Shown piece by piece: positions 9,152 through 20,605 of a stretch of DNA of 64,000 nt. Source of the DNA: an uncultured Oscillospiraceae bacterium (GTDB lineage Bacteria > Bacillota > Clostridia > Oscillospirales > Oscillospiraceae); assembly GCA_964517445.1 (NCBI GenBank), contig CAZFCH010000001.1, positions 2,474 to 66,473 of the forward strand, in the 5' to 3' direction. Position 1 is the first letter of the stretch. Each line of letters starts with the position of its first letter. The notes under the pieces were generated by a model, which was given only the letters and a program-made list of their open reading frames with translations, was not told the DNA's origin and made no database searches. A program made the translations under genes and the position numbers.

Positions 9152-9622
9152 TTACAGCTTGCGTATCTCGCAGGCAAAGCCGCCGTTATCAAATATCTCG
9201 ACCAGCGCCCAGGTCAGCTCTCTGCCGCGCCCGGCGGTGCCGGGGTTCAGGACCTGCACTCCGCCTATCTGCTCATAGTAAGCCTGATGGGTGTGGCCGA
9301 ACATGGCAAGCTGTGCGCCAGCCTCCTGTGCAGCATAGACGAGCGAATCCACGCGCCCGAAATTGACATTATACAGATGCCCGTGCGTAATAAAGGCCTT
9401 GATCGGGCCGAGCTGAACGACATCCTTTTCCGGTGCGAGCGGCATCAGATCGCAGTTGCCGCAGACGCTGTAGACCGGAATCTCCGGGAACTCGTGCCGC
9501 AGCTCGACGGCGTCGCGGTCGTGGTCGCCGAGGTGTATTGCGGCGTCGGGACGGCAGCGGCGGACGGCCTCGAGCATAAGCTCATTGTTAGAATGAGTAT
9601 CAGAAAAAACGGCAACCTTCAT
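9152..9622 (-). CDS. YfcE/MJ0936-family metallophosphoesterase
   Basis: MKVAVFSDTHSN...HLGDH...GNCD...GHTH phosphoesterase motifs. I moved the start to the ATG at 9622, the internal Met of the 193-aa ORF. Confidence 0.85.
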   Translation of the reverse strand: MKVAVFSDTHSNNELMLEAVRRCRPDAAIHLGDHDRDAVELRHEFPEIPVYSVCGNCDLMPLAPEKDVVQLGPIKAFITHGHLYNVNFGRVDSLVYAAQEAGAQLAMFGHTHQAYYEQIGGVQVLNPGTAGRGRELTWALVEIFDNGGFACEIRKL

Positions 9623-9744
9623 ATATTTTATCCTTTCGCAATTATCGCAGGCATTCACTGCGAATATAATAAAACGAACACGTACGAGATGCAATGCAAA
9701 AATTTGCCGAAAGCTGCAATTATAACACAGCAACCCGGCGCGAA

Positions 9745-9780
9745 ACGGCTCCGCCTGTCTTCCAAGCGAAGCCGTTTTTA
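9745..9780. terminator. Hairpin just downstream of the glycosyl-1-phosphate transferase gene; the U-tract is better on the plus strand
   Basis: Stem ACGGCTCCGC / GCGAAGCCGT (one wobble). On the plus strand it is followed by TTTTTATTG; on the minus strand only by TTTC. Confidence 0.4.
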
Positions 9781-9787
9781 TTGTTTA

Positions 9788-10909
9788 TTATACTTTTTCC
9801 TGCGGAGGGGTATTGCTTTCAGCTGCCGTCTCGGCTTTATGCTCCTCGGCATGGTGCTCATGCAGATTGGGGTTATTCTTGAACACCTTGAACCAGATCG
9901 CAAGCGATATCACAAATGCCGCAACAAGGCATATTATTTTCACTACCATACTGTCCCCGGCCATGAGCACAGCCAGCAACCCAAGCACTGCTGAGATGCC
10001 GTACAGTACCGCAACGACCTGCTTCTGGTTGAGTCCCATGGCAAGCAGCCGGTGGTGGAAGTGTCCCTTATCGGCCTTGAACGGGCTCTGCCCGTGCAGT
10101 ATTCTGCGGAAGAAAGCAAAGATAGTATCGGCCAGCGGCAATGCCAGAGCCAGCAGCGGTACAAAGAAAGTGATGATCGCGTGCAGCTTGAACAGGCCCA
10201 TTATCGATGCCGTCGACAGCACAAAGCCCAGAAGCTGCGAGCCGACGTCGCCCATAAATATTTTTGCGGGGTTGAGGTTATACGGCATAAAGCCGAGGCA
10301 CGCGCCGGTAAGTGCGGCAAGTATGATGGATACCACCGGCTCCGAGACGAACAGCGACACAATAAGCATCGTCAGCGAGCTTATCGCCGACACGCCGACA
10401 GCAAGTCCGTCAAGCCCGTCGATAAGATTGACGGCGTTGGTGCAGCCGACAATCCACAGCATCGTCAGCGGGATGGAAAGCCATCCTATCTCTATATAGG
10501 TCTCTTCAGCGAAGATGTTCGGGTTTGAAATAACGTCGAACACGAGTCCGCAGCGGATTGCGACGAGCGCTGCGACTATCTGCCCGGCAAGCTTGACCCA
10601 TGGGGTGAGACTGACAATATCGTCAACGCCGCCCATGACAGCAATAATGACTGAACCGACAAGAAGCCCCAGCACTTTTGTTGACATCGGCACAAAGAAT
10701 ATCAGTGAGAGCACAAAGCCGATAAATATCGCAAGCCCGCCCATTCGGGGGATGGGGTGGTCGTGTACGCGGCGGTTGTCCTTCGGCACATCGATCGCGC
10801 CGACCTTCTCGGCAAAGCGCTTGACCGGCGGCGTCATAACATACGCAACCAATAGCGACACAGCAAATGCCAGCAGCATTTTTATCCAATCAGCAAGACC
10901 AGGAAACAT
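9788..10909 (-). CDS. Undecaprenyl-phosphate sugar-1-phosphate transferase (MraY/WecA/TagO family, GT4 polyprenyl-P transferases)
   Basis: 373 aa, polytopic. It has the VDVPKDNRRVHDHPIPRMGGLAIF motif and the NAVNLIDGLDGLA motif typical of WecA/TagO. Confidence 0.88.
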   Translation of the reverse strand: MFPGLADWIKMLLAFAVSLLVAYVMTPPVKRFAEKVGAIDVPKDNRRVHDHPIPRMGGLAIFIGFVLSLIFFVPMSTKVLGLLVGSVIIAVMGGVDDIVSLTPWVKLAGQIVAALVAIRCGLVFDVISNPNIFAEETYIEIGWLSIPLTMLWIVGCTNAVNLIDGLDGLAVGVSAISSLTMLIVSLFVSEPVVSIILAALTGACLGFMPYNLNPAKIFMGDVGSQLLGFVLSTASIMGLFKLHAIITFFVPLLALALPLADTIFAFFRRILHGQSPFKADKGHFHHRLLAMGLNQKQVVAVLYGISAVLGLLAVLMAGDSMVVKIICLVAAFVISLAIWFKVFKNNPNLHEHHAEEHKAETAAESNTPPQEKV

Positions 10910-10937
10910 TAAAATTTATCTCCAGTTCGTTTTATTA

Positions 10938-11954
10938 TCAGAAAGGCTTCTCAACGAGGCCGACGCGCTTGTAGACCTTGCGCAGAGTCTTGGAAGCGAC
11001 ATAGCTTGCTCTCCGTGCGCCCTCGGTGTAGACGTCCTTGAGGTACGCCTTGTCGGCGATCATGCGCTCGGCCTCCTCGCGGATGGGGCGCAGCTCCTCG
11101 ATGACGGCTTCTCCGACCGCGGGCTTGAAAGCGCCGTAGCCCTGACCGTCGAACTCGCGTTCTATTTCCTCAAAGCTCTTGCCGGTGACGGAGGAGTAGA
11201 TGCTCATAAGGTTTGAGACACCGGGCTTATTCTGAAGATCGTAATGTACGCAGTGCTCGGTGTCGGAATCGGTCACGGCGCGCTTAAACTTGCGGGCAAT
11301 GTCCTCGGGCTTGTCCATGATGAACACACAGCCCTGAGGATCGGACTTGCTCATCTTCGAGGTCGGCACGCCGAGGCTCATTATCCTCGCCCCCACCTTG
11401 GGGATATAGGGCTCGGGTACTTTAAATGTCTCGCCGTAAATGTTGTTGAAGCGAATGGCGACGTCACGCGTCAGCTCGCAGTGCTGCTTCTGATCCTCGC
11501 CGACGGGGACATAGTCCGGCTGGTAGAGCAGGATATCCGCCGCCATGAGCGAAGGGTAAGTGAAGAGACCGCCGTTAATATTGTCGGCGTTCTTTGCGCA
11601 CTTGTCCTTGAACTGGGTCATGCGGCTCAGCTCGCCGAACATCGTATAGCAGTTGAGGATCCAACCAAGTTCCGCGTGTTCGTGCACATGGCTCTGGATA
11701 AAGAGGGTGTTCTTCTCCGGGTCAAGGCCGCAGGCGATGTACTGCGCAAGCTGCGTGACAGAGCGGCGGCGCAGCTCCGCAGGGTTCTGACGTACGGTCA
11801 GGCTGTGCAGGTCAGCCATGAAATAATAGCAGTTAAACTCATCGGCAAGTGCCGCCCAGTTTTTGACCGCGCCGAGGTAGTTGCCAAGGTGCAGGTCGCC
11901 GGAGGGCTGAATGCCCGAGAGCATAGTTTTCTTTTCAGCGGTGTTGTTGTCCAC
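10938..11954 (-). CDS. trpS: Tryptophan--tRNA ligase
   Basis: SGIQPSGDLHLGNYLGA (HIGH-type) and KMSKS motifs. It starts at a GTG at 11954 that follows GGGAGA by 5 nt. Confidence 0.95.
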   Translation of the reverse strand: MDNNTAEKKTMLSGIQPSGDLHLGNYLGAVKNWAALADEFNCYYFMADLHSLTVRQNPAELRRRSVTQLAQYIACGLDPEKNTLFIQSHVHEHAELGWILNCYTMFGELSRMTQFKDKCAKNADNINGGLFTYPSLMAADILLYQPDYVPVGEDQKQHCELTRDVAIRFNNIYGETFKVPEPYIPKVGARIMSLGVPTSKMSKSDPQGCVFIMDKPEDIARKFKRAVTDSDTEHCVHYDLQNKPGVSNLMSIYSSVTGKSFEEIEREFDGQGYGAFKPAVGEAVIEELRPIREEAERMIADKAYLKDVYTEGARRASYVASKTLRKVYKRVGLVEKPF

Positions 11955-12056
11955 AGTAATCTCCCATTCTGCCGTCCATATTTATTGCGCCGCGGCGGCG
12001 CTGTCTCCGGAACGGCCGGCGGAGGCTCGGAAAAAGCCCGGTATGAGCGTCTATAC

Positions 12057-12085
12057 ATTGTATCAAAATAAGTTTGTCTTGACAA
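12057..12085 (-). promoter_or_regulatory. Promoter candidate for trpS (TTGTCA-17-TACAAT, read on the minus strand)
   Basis: On the plus strand the sequences are ATTGTA at 12057-12062 and TGACAA at 12080-12085. The -35 overlaps the gltX -35 on the other strand. Confidence 0.45.
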
Positions 12086-12107
12086 CTGCCAATTTGCAAA
12101 ATAATAT
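12079..12107 (+). promoter_or_regulatory. Promoter candidate for gltX (TTGACA-17-TAATAT)
   Basis: The -35 TTGACA is at 12079-12084 and the -10 TAATAT at 12102-12107. It lies about 40 nt upstream of the gltX ATG. Confidence 0.5.
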
Positions 12108-12149
12108 AAGAAATGTCAAACGAAGATATTTTGGCGCAGGAGGCACAAA

Positions 12150-13625
12150 ATGAAAGACATGAAGTGGTTTGAGGATATGGAAAAGCGCATCCCCACAGGG
12201 GAGGTACGCACGCGGTTTGCTCCGTCTCCCACGGGATATATGCACGTCGGCAATCTCCGCACCGCGCTCTATACCTATCTCATCGCCCGCCACAATAAGG
12301 GCAAGTTCATTCTCCGCATTGAGGATACGGATCAGGGGCGTCTCGTTGAGGGCGCTGTTGACGTTATATACAGGACGATGGAGCAGTGCCATCTCGAGCA
12401 TGACGAAGGCCCGGATGTCGGCGGTCCTGTCGGCCCCTATGTCCAGACCGAGCGTCGCGGGCTCTATAAGGAATATGCAGATCTGCTTATGGAGCGCGGC
12501 CACGCATACCGCTGCTTCTGCGAGAAGACGGCCTCCGAGGAGGACACAGGCGAATTTGACCGTGGGGACGATCCCTGCCGCTGCATGAGCCGTGAGGAGT
12601 CCGACCGTCTTGCCGCCGAAGGAAGACCTTATGTTATTCGCCAGCTCATCCCGCATGAGGGGACGACCACTTTCCACGACGAAACCTTCGGCGATATTAC
12701 CGTTGAGAACACGAGTCTTGACGATCAGGTGCTTTTAAAGCGCGACGGACTGCCGACCTATAACTTTGCAAATGTCGTAGACGACCACCTCATGGGCATC
12801 ACCCATGTTGTGCGCGGCAGCGAGTACCTTTCCTCCGCTCCGAAGTACAATTTGCTGTATGAGGGCTTCGGCTGGAATATTCCGAAGTACGTCCACTGCT
12901 CGCCTGTCATGCGCGACGCGCACAACAAGATGTCCAAGCGCCACGGCGACCCGTCATATGAAGATCTTATCGCTCAGGGCTACCTGACCGATGCTGTCAT
13001 TAACTATGTCACGCTCCTCGGCTGGAGCCCGCGCGGTGAGCAGGAGATATTCAGCATGGACGAGCTCATCGATATCTTTGACCTTGCCGGCATCTCCAAG
13101 TCCCCCGCAATCTTTGACATTGACAAACTGCGCTACTTTAACAGCGAGTATATCCGCGCCATGAGCCCCGAGGCCTTTGCCAAGGTCGCGGAACCGTATA
13201 TCCGCCAGAGCGTAAAGAACCCCGCGTATGACGCCGCGGCCATCGCCGCACTTCTCCAGCAGCGCACCGAAGTACTGACCGATATCCCTGAGAAGGTCGA
13301 TTTCTTCGACGAATTGCCCGAGTACGATACTGAGCTATTTGTCCACAAGAAGTCCAAGTCCGATAAGGACAGCTCCAAGGACGTGCTCGAGAAGATCGTT
13401 CCGATGTTCGAGGCGCTGCCCGCGTGGGACGATGAGCATATCATGGGCGCCATGGTCGGGCTTGCCGAGGCAATGGAGGCAAAGAACGCGAAGGTCATGT
13501 GGCCTGTGCGTATAGCCGCCGCCGGCAAGGCTGTCACTCCCGGTGGTGCGGTCGAGATATGCCGCATTCTCGGAAAGGATGAAACTCTCCGCCGTCTGAA
13601 CACGGCACTCGAAAAGCTCGGATAA
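12150..13625 (+). CDS. gltX: Glutamate--tRNA ligase
   Basis: 491 aa with RTRFAPSPTGYMHVGNLRTALY (HIGH) and KMSKRHG motifs. AGGAGG lies 6 nt upstream. Confidence 0.95.
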   Translation: MKDMKWFEDMEKRIPTGEVRTRFAPSPTGYMHVGNLRTALYTYLIARHNKGKFILRIEDTDQGRLVEGAVDVIYRTMEQCHLEHDEGPDVGGPVGPYVQTERRGLYKEYADLLMERGHAYRCFCEKTASEEDTGEFDRGDDPCRCMSREESDRLAAEGRPYVIRQLIPHEGTTTFHDETFGDITVENTSLDDQVLLKRDGLPTYNFANVVDDHLMGITHVVRGSEYLSSAPKYNLLYEGFGWNIPKYVHCSPVMRDAHNKMSKRHGDPSYEDLIAQGYLTDAVINYVTLLGWSPRGEQEIFSMDELIDIFDLAGISKSPAIFDIDKLRYFNSEYIRAMSPEAFAKVAEPYIRQSVKNPAYDAAAIAALLQQRTEVLTDIPEKVDFFDELPEYDTELFVHKKSKSDKDSSKDVLEKIVPMFEALPAWDDEHIMGAMVGLAEAMEAKNAKVMWPVRIAAAGKAVTPGGAVEICRILGKDETLRRLNTALEKLG

Positions 13626-13644
13626 GCAATATAAATATAATCAG

Positions 13645-13687
13645 CCCCTTTGACGGTGATACCCATAATCGTCAAAGGGGTTTTTAT
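13645..13687 (+). terminator. Rho-independent terminator after gltX
   Basis: Stem CCCCTTTGACG / CGTCAAAGGGG followed by TTTTTAT. Confidence 0.85.
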
Positions 13688-13821
13688 GTCCGTCAAAGCG
13701 AAACTGCTTGTCGTTATGTATTCGCAGCGCCGCAGCCGCTTACATTTGGGCAGAGCCCACGTTTTGTATACATTGATGAAATTGTAACACGCACGGCTTT
13801 TTCGTTTGTGCAAATTTACAT

Positions 13822-13850
13822 TTGACAAGTTTCTGTCAATATACTACAAT
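13822..13850 (+). promoter_or_regulatory. Near-consensus sigma-A promoter for the V-ATPase operon (TTGACA-17-TACAAT)
   Basis: The -35 is at 13822-13827 and the -10 at 13845-13850. A second, weaker candidate, TTGAAT-17-TATCAT, lies at 13940-13968. Confidence 0.55.
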
Positions 13851-13983
13851 ACTGTGGTAGCTTTATATACAAGCGCGCGGTATTTGTAAATTTTTAATCA
13901 TATGCGCCAATTTTGACAAAGTTAAAAGGTAAGTTTTGCTTGAATCTATATGCGCGTTAAGGTATCATAAAGATAGCTTTTTT

Positions 13984-14007
13984 AATAACGCATTGAATAA
14001 CGCACTG
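13984..14007 (+). repeat. Tandem 12-nt direct repeat in the V-ATPase leader
   Basis: AATAACGCATTG is followed directly by AATAACGCACTG, ending 6 nt before the SD-like AAGAGGGGG. Confidence 0.6.
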
Positions 14008-14030
14008 CGGGATAAAGAGGGGGTGTGCCA

Positions 14031-14345
14031 ATGTCATTTGAAGCAGTAAGCAATATTGCTCAGGCAGAAGCTCAGGCCAAGGTCACGGTAGCCGAAGCCG
14101 AGAGCAAGGCGAAGCAGATGCTGGCTGACGCGGATACCGCGGGCAAGCTTGCGATCGATGCCGCCTGCGCGAAAGCCGAAGAGGAGCTCAAGGAGCTCAG
14201 CCGCCAGGTCAGCGAAAAGGCAAGGGCTCAGGCCAAGGGTCTTTCCGGTGATCTGGAAAATCAGAAAGCAGCGCTGCGCGCCAGAGCCGAAGGGCGGCTG
14301 GAGCAGGCAGCAGCTCTTGTTGTGGAAAGGATAGTGAACAGCTGA
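14031..14345 (+). CDS. ntpF: V/A-type ATPase small peripheral-stalk subunit (G/H-like, NtpF-type coiled coil)
   Basis: About 104 aa, Ala/Glu/Lys-rich coiled coil. It is the first gene of the operon, in the position of E. hirae ntpF. I preferred the ATG at 14031 over the GTG at 14025. Confidence 0.6.
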   Translation: MSFEAVSNIAQAEAQAKVTVAEAESKAKQMLADADTAGKLAIDAACAKAEEELKELSRQVSEKARAQAKGLSGDLENQKAALRARAEGRLEQAAALVVERIVNS

Positions 14346-14346
14346 G

Positions 14347-16801
<2,455 letters not shown>

Positions 16802-16841
16802 TGGGAATTGCTCTTAAAAATTCAAAAAGGCAGGACATACT

Positions 16842-17429
16842 ATGAAAGGCACTGAAAAGATAATCGCACATATCCAGGCTGACGCCAAGGCACAGGCCGA
16901 TGCGATACTGGCTCAGGCAGAGCAGCAGTGCGCAGAGATCCGCCGGGACTATGAGATAAAGGCAAAGGATGCTTACGCCGAGAAGATCCGCCTCGGCGTC
17001 AAGGCAAATCAGGACAAGCTTGACAGCGTAGAGCGCCTGACCCGCATGGAGAGCAGAAAGTCTATCCTCGCTCTCAAGCAGGAGATGGTCTCCGCCGGCT
17101 TTGATAAGGCCGTGGAAGAGCTCCTCGCGCTGCCGCAGGAGAAGTACATTGCTCTTCTCGCGAAGCTTGCCGCTCAGGCCTCCTCCGCCGGCGATGAAGA
17201 GATCGTGCTCAACGCGCGCGATAAGGCCGAGATAGGCGCTGCGGTCGTCAACGCCGCAAACGACCTTCTCCCCGACGGCAAACTCACGCTCGCCGAGGAC
17301 ACCGGCGACTTCAAGGGCGGGCTTATTCTCCGTCGCGGAAGTATCGAGGCCAACTGCACCGTCGAGCTTCTGGTAGAGCTGTGCCGCGGCGATATGTCCG
17401 CGCAGCTTGCCGGAGTTCTCTTTGAATAA
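16842..17429 (+). CDS. ntpE: V-type ATPase subunit E
   Basis: 195 aa with an N-terminal long helix (IIAHIQADAKAQADAILAQAEQQ) and a C-terminal globular domain. Operon position supports the call. Confidence 0.85.
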   Translation: MKGTEKIIAHIQADAKAQADAILAQAEQQCAEIRRDYEIKAKDAYAEKIRLGVKANQDKLDSVERLTRMESRKSILALKQEMVSAGFDKAVEELLALPQEKYIALLAKLAAQASSAGDEEIVLNARDKAEIGAAVVNAANDLLPDGKLTLAEDTGDFKGGLILRRGSIEANCTVELLVELCRGDMSAQLAGVLFE

Positions 17430-17467
17430 CGGCCCGGCCGTAAATCCCGAAACAGGGAGGGAAAAAA

Positions 17468-18460
17468 TTGTCAAACAAAAAAGAAGCGTATCTCTGCATA
17501 TCCGCCATGCTTCGCGCAAGAGAGCCGAGGCTTCTCAGCAATGAGAAGGCGGAGCGTATGCTGGATGCCGCCGCCTTTGAGGACGCCGCGAAGCTTCTGA
17601 CCGACTGCGGATATCCCGACATGTCGGCAATGAGCGCTGGCGAAATTGAGGAGACTCTGGCGGAGCACCGCTCGGCAATTTTCGAGGAGCTGGGTAAAAT
17701 GGCGCCCGACAGCGCGCTTACAGATATCTTCAAGCTCAAGTATGATTACCACAACGCCAAAGCCATCATCAAGGGCGAGGCAATGGGTCAGGATGCAAAG
17801 CACCTTCTCAGCGACTCTGGGCGAATTCCGGGGCTGAAGCTGCTTGAGCTGTACAATGAAGAAAAGCGCATCATGCTGCCGGAGACGCTGGCAAACGCCA
17901 TGGAGGAAGCCAAGGCAATCCTTGCACGTACTGCGAACCCCCAGCTTTCCGACTTTGTGCTCGACAAGGCATACTTCACGGAGCTTCGTGCCGCTGTCGA
18001 CAAGGTAGACAGTCCGTTCCTGCGCGGCTATGCCGCCCTGCTCATTGACAGCGCGAATCTTCGCAGCGCCGTGCGCACCCTGCGCATGGGCAAGGGGCAG
18101 GACTTTCTGCGTGAGGTGCTCATACCGGACGGCAACGTCGGCGCAGAGCGCATCGCGAACGCTACGGATAAGGACAGCCTTGCTGCGCTATATGCTCACA
18201 GCGCACTTGAGAAAGCCGCAGTTCTCGGCGGCGAGGCACTCTCCGGCGGCAGCATGACGGCCTTTGAGCTCGCCTGCGACAACGCCGTGAACGATTACCT
18301 CAAGGGTGCGCGCCTTATCAGCTACGGCTGCGAAGTGCCGGTCGCCTATATGGCGGCGGTCGAAGGCGAGATAACCGCGATCAGAATGATCCTCACGGGT
18401 CGGCTTGCGGGCGTCCCTTCGCAGACTATCCGGGAAAGGCTGCGTGATCTGTATGTATAA
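17468..18460 (+). CDS. ntpC: V-type ATPase subunit C (d-type)
   Basis: 330 aa with a TTG start. It is helical and sits between E and F. Confidence 0.85.
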   Translation: MSNKKEAYLCISAMLRAREPRLLSNEKAERMLDAAAFEDAAKLLTDCGYPDMSAMSAGEIEETLAEHRSAIFEELGKMAPDSALTDIFKLKYDYHNAKAIIKGEAMGQDAKHLLSDSGRIPGLKLLELYNEEKRIMLPETLANAMEEAKAILARTANPQLSDFVLDKAYFTELRAAVDKVDSPFLRGYAALLIDSANLRSAVRTLRMGKGQDFLREVLIPDGNVGAERIANATDKDSLAALYAHSALEKAAVLGGEALSGGSMTAFELACDNAVNDYLKGARLISYGCEVPVAYMAAVEGEITAIRMILTGRLAGVPSQTIRERLRDLYV

Positions 18461-18773
18461 AATAGCTGTCATCGGCGGCAGAGACACCGTCATGGGCTTC
18501 AAGGCTCTCGGCCTTGAGACTTACCCCGCGACGGACGGCGCGGATGCGGGCAAAATCCTTAAGAGCCTCACCCGCGACAATAACGATTACGCCATCATCT
18601 ACATTGAGGAAAACTTCGCCGCACAGATTCAGGCGGAGATAGACAAATTCAAGGACAGCCCCACCCCGGCGATTATCCTGATCCCCGGTCGCGAGGGCTC
18701 CATAGGCCTCGGCCAGTCGGCTCTGAGAGCGGCGGTCGAGCGTGCCGTCGGCACGAATATTCTGGGAGACTGA
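18453..18773 (+). CDS. ntpG: V-type ATPase subunit F
   Basis: MYKIAVIGGRDTVMGFKALGLETY is the typical subunit F start. The ATG at 18453 overlaps the end of ntpC. Confidence 0.85.
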   Translation: MYKIAVIGGRDTVMGFKALGLETYPATDGADAGKILKSLTRDNNDYAIIYIEENFAAQIQAEIDKFKDSPTPAIILIPGREGSIGLGQSALRAAVERAVGTNILGD

Positions 18774-18835
18774 TTCCCCCATATCAATCCGAAAACCGCG
18801 TCAGTAAGCTGCACGGTTTGGAAAGGAACATGTAA

Positions 18836-20605
18836 ATGAGCGGAACTATAACAAAGGTTTCCGGACCGCTTGTTGTTGCCGAGGGTCTGGCGGACGCTAA
18901 CGTCTCCGACGTTGTGCGTGTCGGCTCTCAGCACCTGATAGGCGAGATCCTTAACATGACCGGCGACAAGGCCTCCATTCAGGTTTACGAGGAGACCTCC
19001 GGGCTCGGGCCCGGCGCCGAGGTCATCACCACCGGTATGCCGCTGTCCGTCGAGCTCGGACCCGGTATGCTGGACAATATCTATGACGGTATTCAGCGTC
19101 CCCTGCCCGAGATGCGCAAGATCTCCGGCGACTGCATCGCAAGAGGTATCGACGTTCCCGCGCTCAACCGCGAGAAAAAGTGGGAGTTTGTTCCCGTCGC
19201 AAAGCCCGGCGATAAGGTGGGGGCGGGCGACGTGCTCGGCACCGTCCAGGAGACGAGTGCAATCCTGCACAAAATCATGGTCCCGAACGGCATCTCCGGT
19301 GAGGTTGTCAGCATCGAGAGCGGTGAGTTCACCGTTGATCAGACCATCGCCGTCGTCAAGGACGCGAAGGGCACGGAGCATAATCTCAACATGATTCAGC
19401 GCTGGCCCGTCCGTATCGCAAGACCCTTTGAGAAAAAGTACGTCCCCAGCCGTCCCATGAACTCCGGCCAGCGTATCATCGACAAGCTCTTCCCGATCGC
19501 CAAGGGCGGCACGGCTGCCGTCCCCGGTCCCTTCGGTTCCGGCAAGACCGTCGTGCAGCACCAGCTCGCCAAGTGGTCTGACGTGGATGTCGTTGTCTAC
19601 ATCGGCTGCGGCGAACGCGGCAACGAAATGACCGACGTGCTTATGGAGTTCCCCGAGCTGAAAGACCCGCGCAACGGCGAACCGCTGATGAAGCGCACCG
19701 TGCTTATCGCGAACACATCCGATATGCCCGTTGCCGCGCGTGAAGCTTCTATCTATACCGGCATCACCATCGCCGAGTACTTCCGTGACATGGGCTACGA
19801 TGTCGCCGTTCTGGCTGACTCCACTTCCCGCTGGGCAGAGGCTCTGCGTGAAATGTCCGGCCGTCTCGAAGAGATGCCCGGTGAAGAAGGCTACCCCGCC
19901 TACCTTGCCTCCCGTCTGGCTCAGTTCTATGAGCGCGCCGGCGTCGTCGAGTGCATGGGTGCAGATGAGCGCCAGGGCTCCGTCACCGCCATCGGTGCTG
20001 TTTCACCTCCGGGCGGCGATATTTCCGAGCCTGTCTCTCAGGCAACCATGCGTATAGTCAAGGTCTTCTGGGCGCTCGATTCCAGCCTTGCATATGCAAG
20101 ACACTTCCCCGCCATCAACTGGCTGACCTCCTACTCTCTGTATGTTGACACTCTCCGCCCGTGGTACACCGAGCAGTTCGGCGAAGCTTATATGCAGAAC
20201 CGCGAGAAGGCCATGCACATTCTCCAGGAGGAGAGCGAGCTTCAGGAGATCGTCCGCCTCGTCGGACAGGATGCCCTGTCCCCGGCTGACCGTCTCACCA
20301 TGGAGACCGCGAAGATGATCCGCGAGGACTTCCTCCAGCAGAATGCTTTCGTTGATGAGGACGCTTATTCCTCTTACGCGAAGCAGTTCCGTCTGCTGGA
20401 TATGATCCTCAGCTATGATACTCTCTGCCGCAATGCGCTGACGCTCGGAGCTGACATGAACAGCCTGTTCGTCATCGACGCACGCGAAAAGATAGGCCGC
20501 GCAAAGCTGGCCAATCAGGATACCTTTGAGGAGGATTACGCGGCGATTGCGGCCGAGATGAAGGCCGAGATAGATGCTGTTGTTGCCGGAGGTGCGGAAG
20601 CATGA
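18836..20605 (+). CDS. ntpA: V-type ATPase catalytic subunit A
   Basis: 589 aa with Walker [10 protein letters not shown] and a non-homologous insert region. No intein is present. Confidence 0.97.
   Translation: MSGTITKVSGPLVVAEGLADANVSDVVRVGSQHLIGEILNMTGDKASIQVYEETSGLGPGAEVITTGMPLSVELGPGMLDNIYDGIQRPLPEMRKISGDCIARGIDVPALNREKKWEFVPVAKPGDKVGAGDVLGTVQETSAILHKIMVPNGISGEVVSIESGEFTVDQTIAVVKDAKGTEHNLNMIQRWPVRIARPFEKKYVPSRPMNSGQRIIDKLFPIAKGGTAAVPGPFGSGKTVVQHQLAKWSDVDVVVYIGCGERGNEMTDVLMEFPELKDPRNGEPLMKRTVLIANTSDMPVAAREASIYTGITIAEYFRDMGYDVAVLADSTSRWAEALREMSGRLEEMPGEEGYPAYLASRLAQFYERAGVVECMGADERQGSVTAIGAVSPPGGDISEPVSQATMRIVKVFWALDSSLAYARHFPAINWLTSYSLYVDTLRPWYTEQFGEAYMQNREKAMHILQEESELQEIVRLVGQDALSPADRLTMETAKMIREDFLQQNAFVDEDAYSSYAKQFRLLDMILSYDTLCRNALTLGADMNSLFVIDAREKIGRAKLANQDTFEEDYAAIAAEMKAEIDAVVAGGAEA

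Noticed and set aside
11955-12149. Possible T-box riboswitch leaders upstream of trpS, and likewise ileS (32495-32586) and asnS (59459-59595).
   Set aside because: I found no T-box consensus (AGGGTGGNACCGCG-like) or specifier-loop architecture by eye. The available leader lengths, about 100 nt or less after subtracting promoters and upstream terminators, are too short. A covariance-model scan would be decisive.
13686-13787. A 33-codon ORF (MSVKAKLLVVMYSQRRSRLHLGRAHVLYTLMKL) in the 405-nt gltX/V-ATPase intergenic region.
   Set aside because: It has no SD, it starts inside the gltX terminator T-tract, and its composition is arbitrary. It is most likely non-coding.
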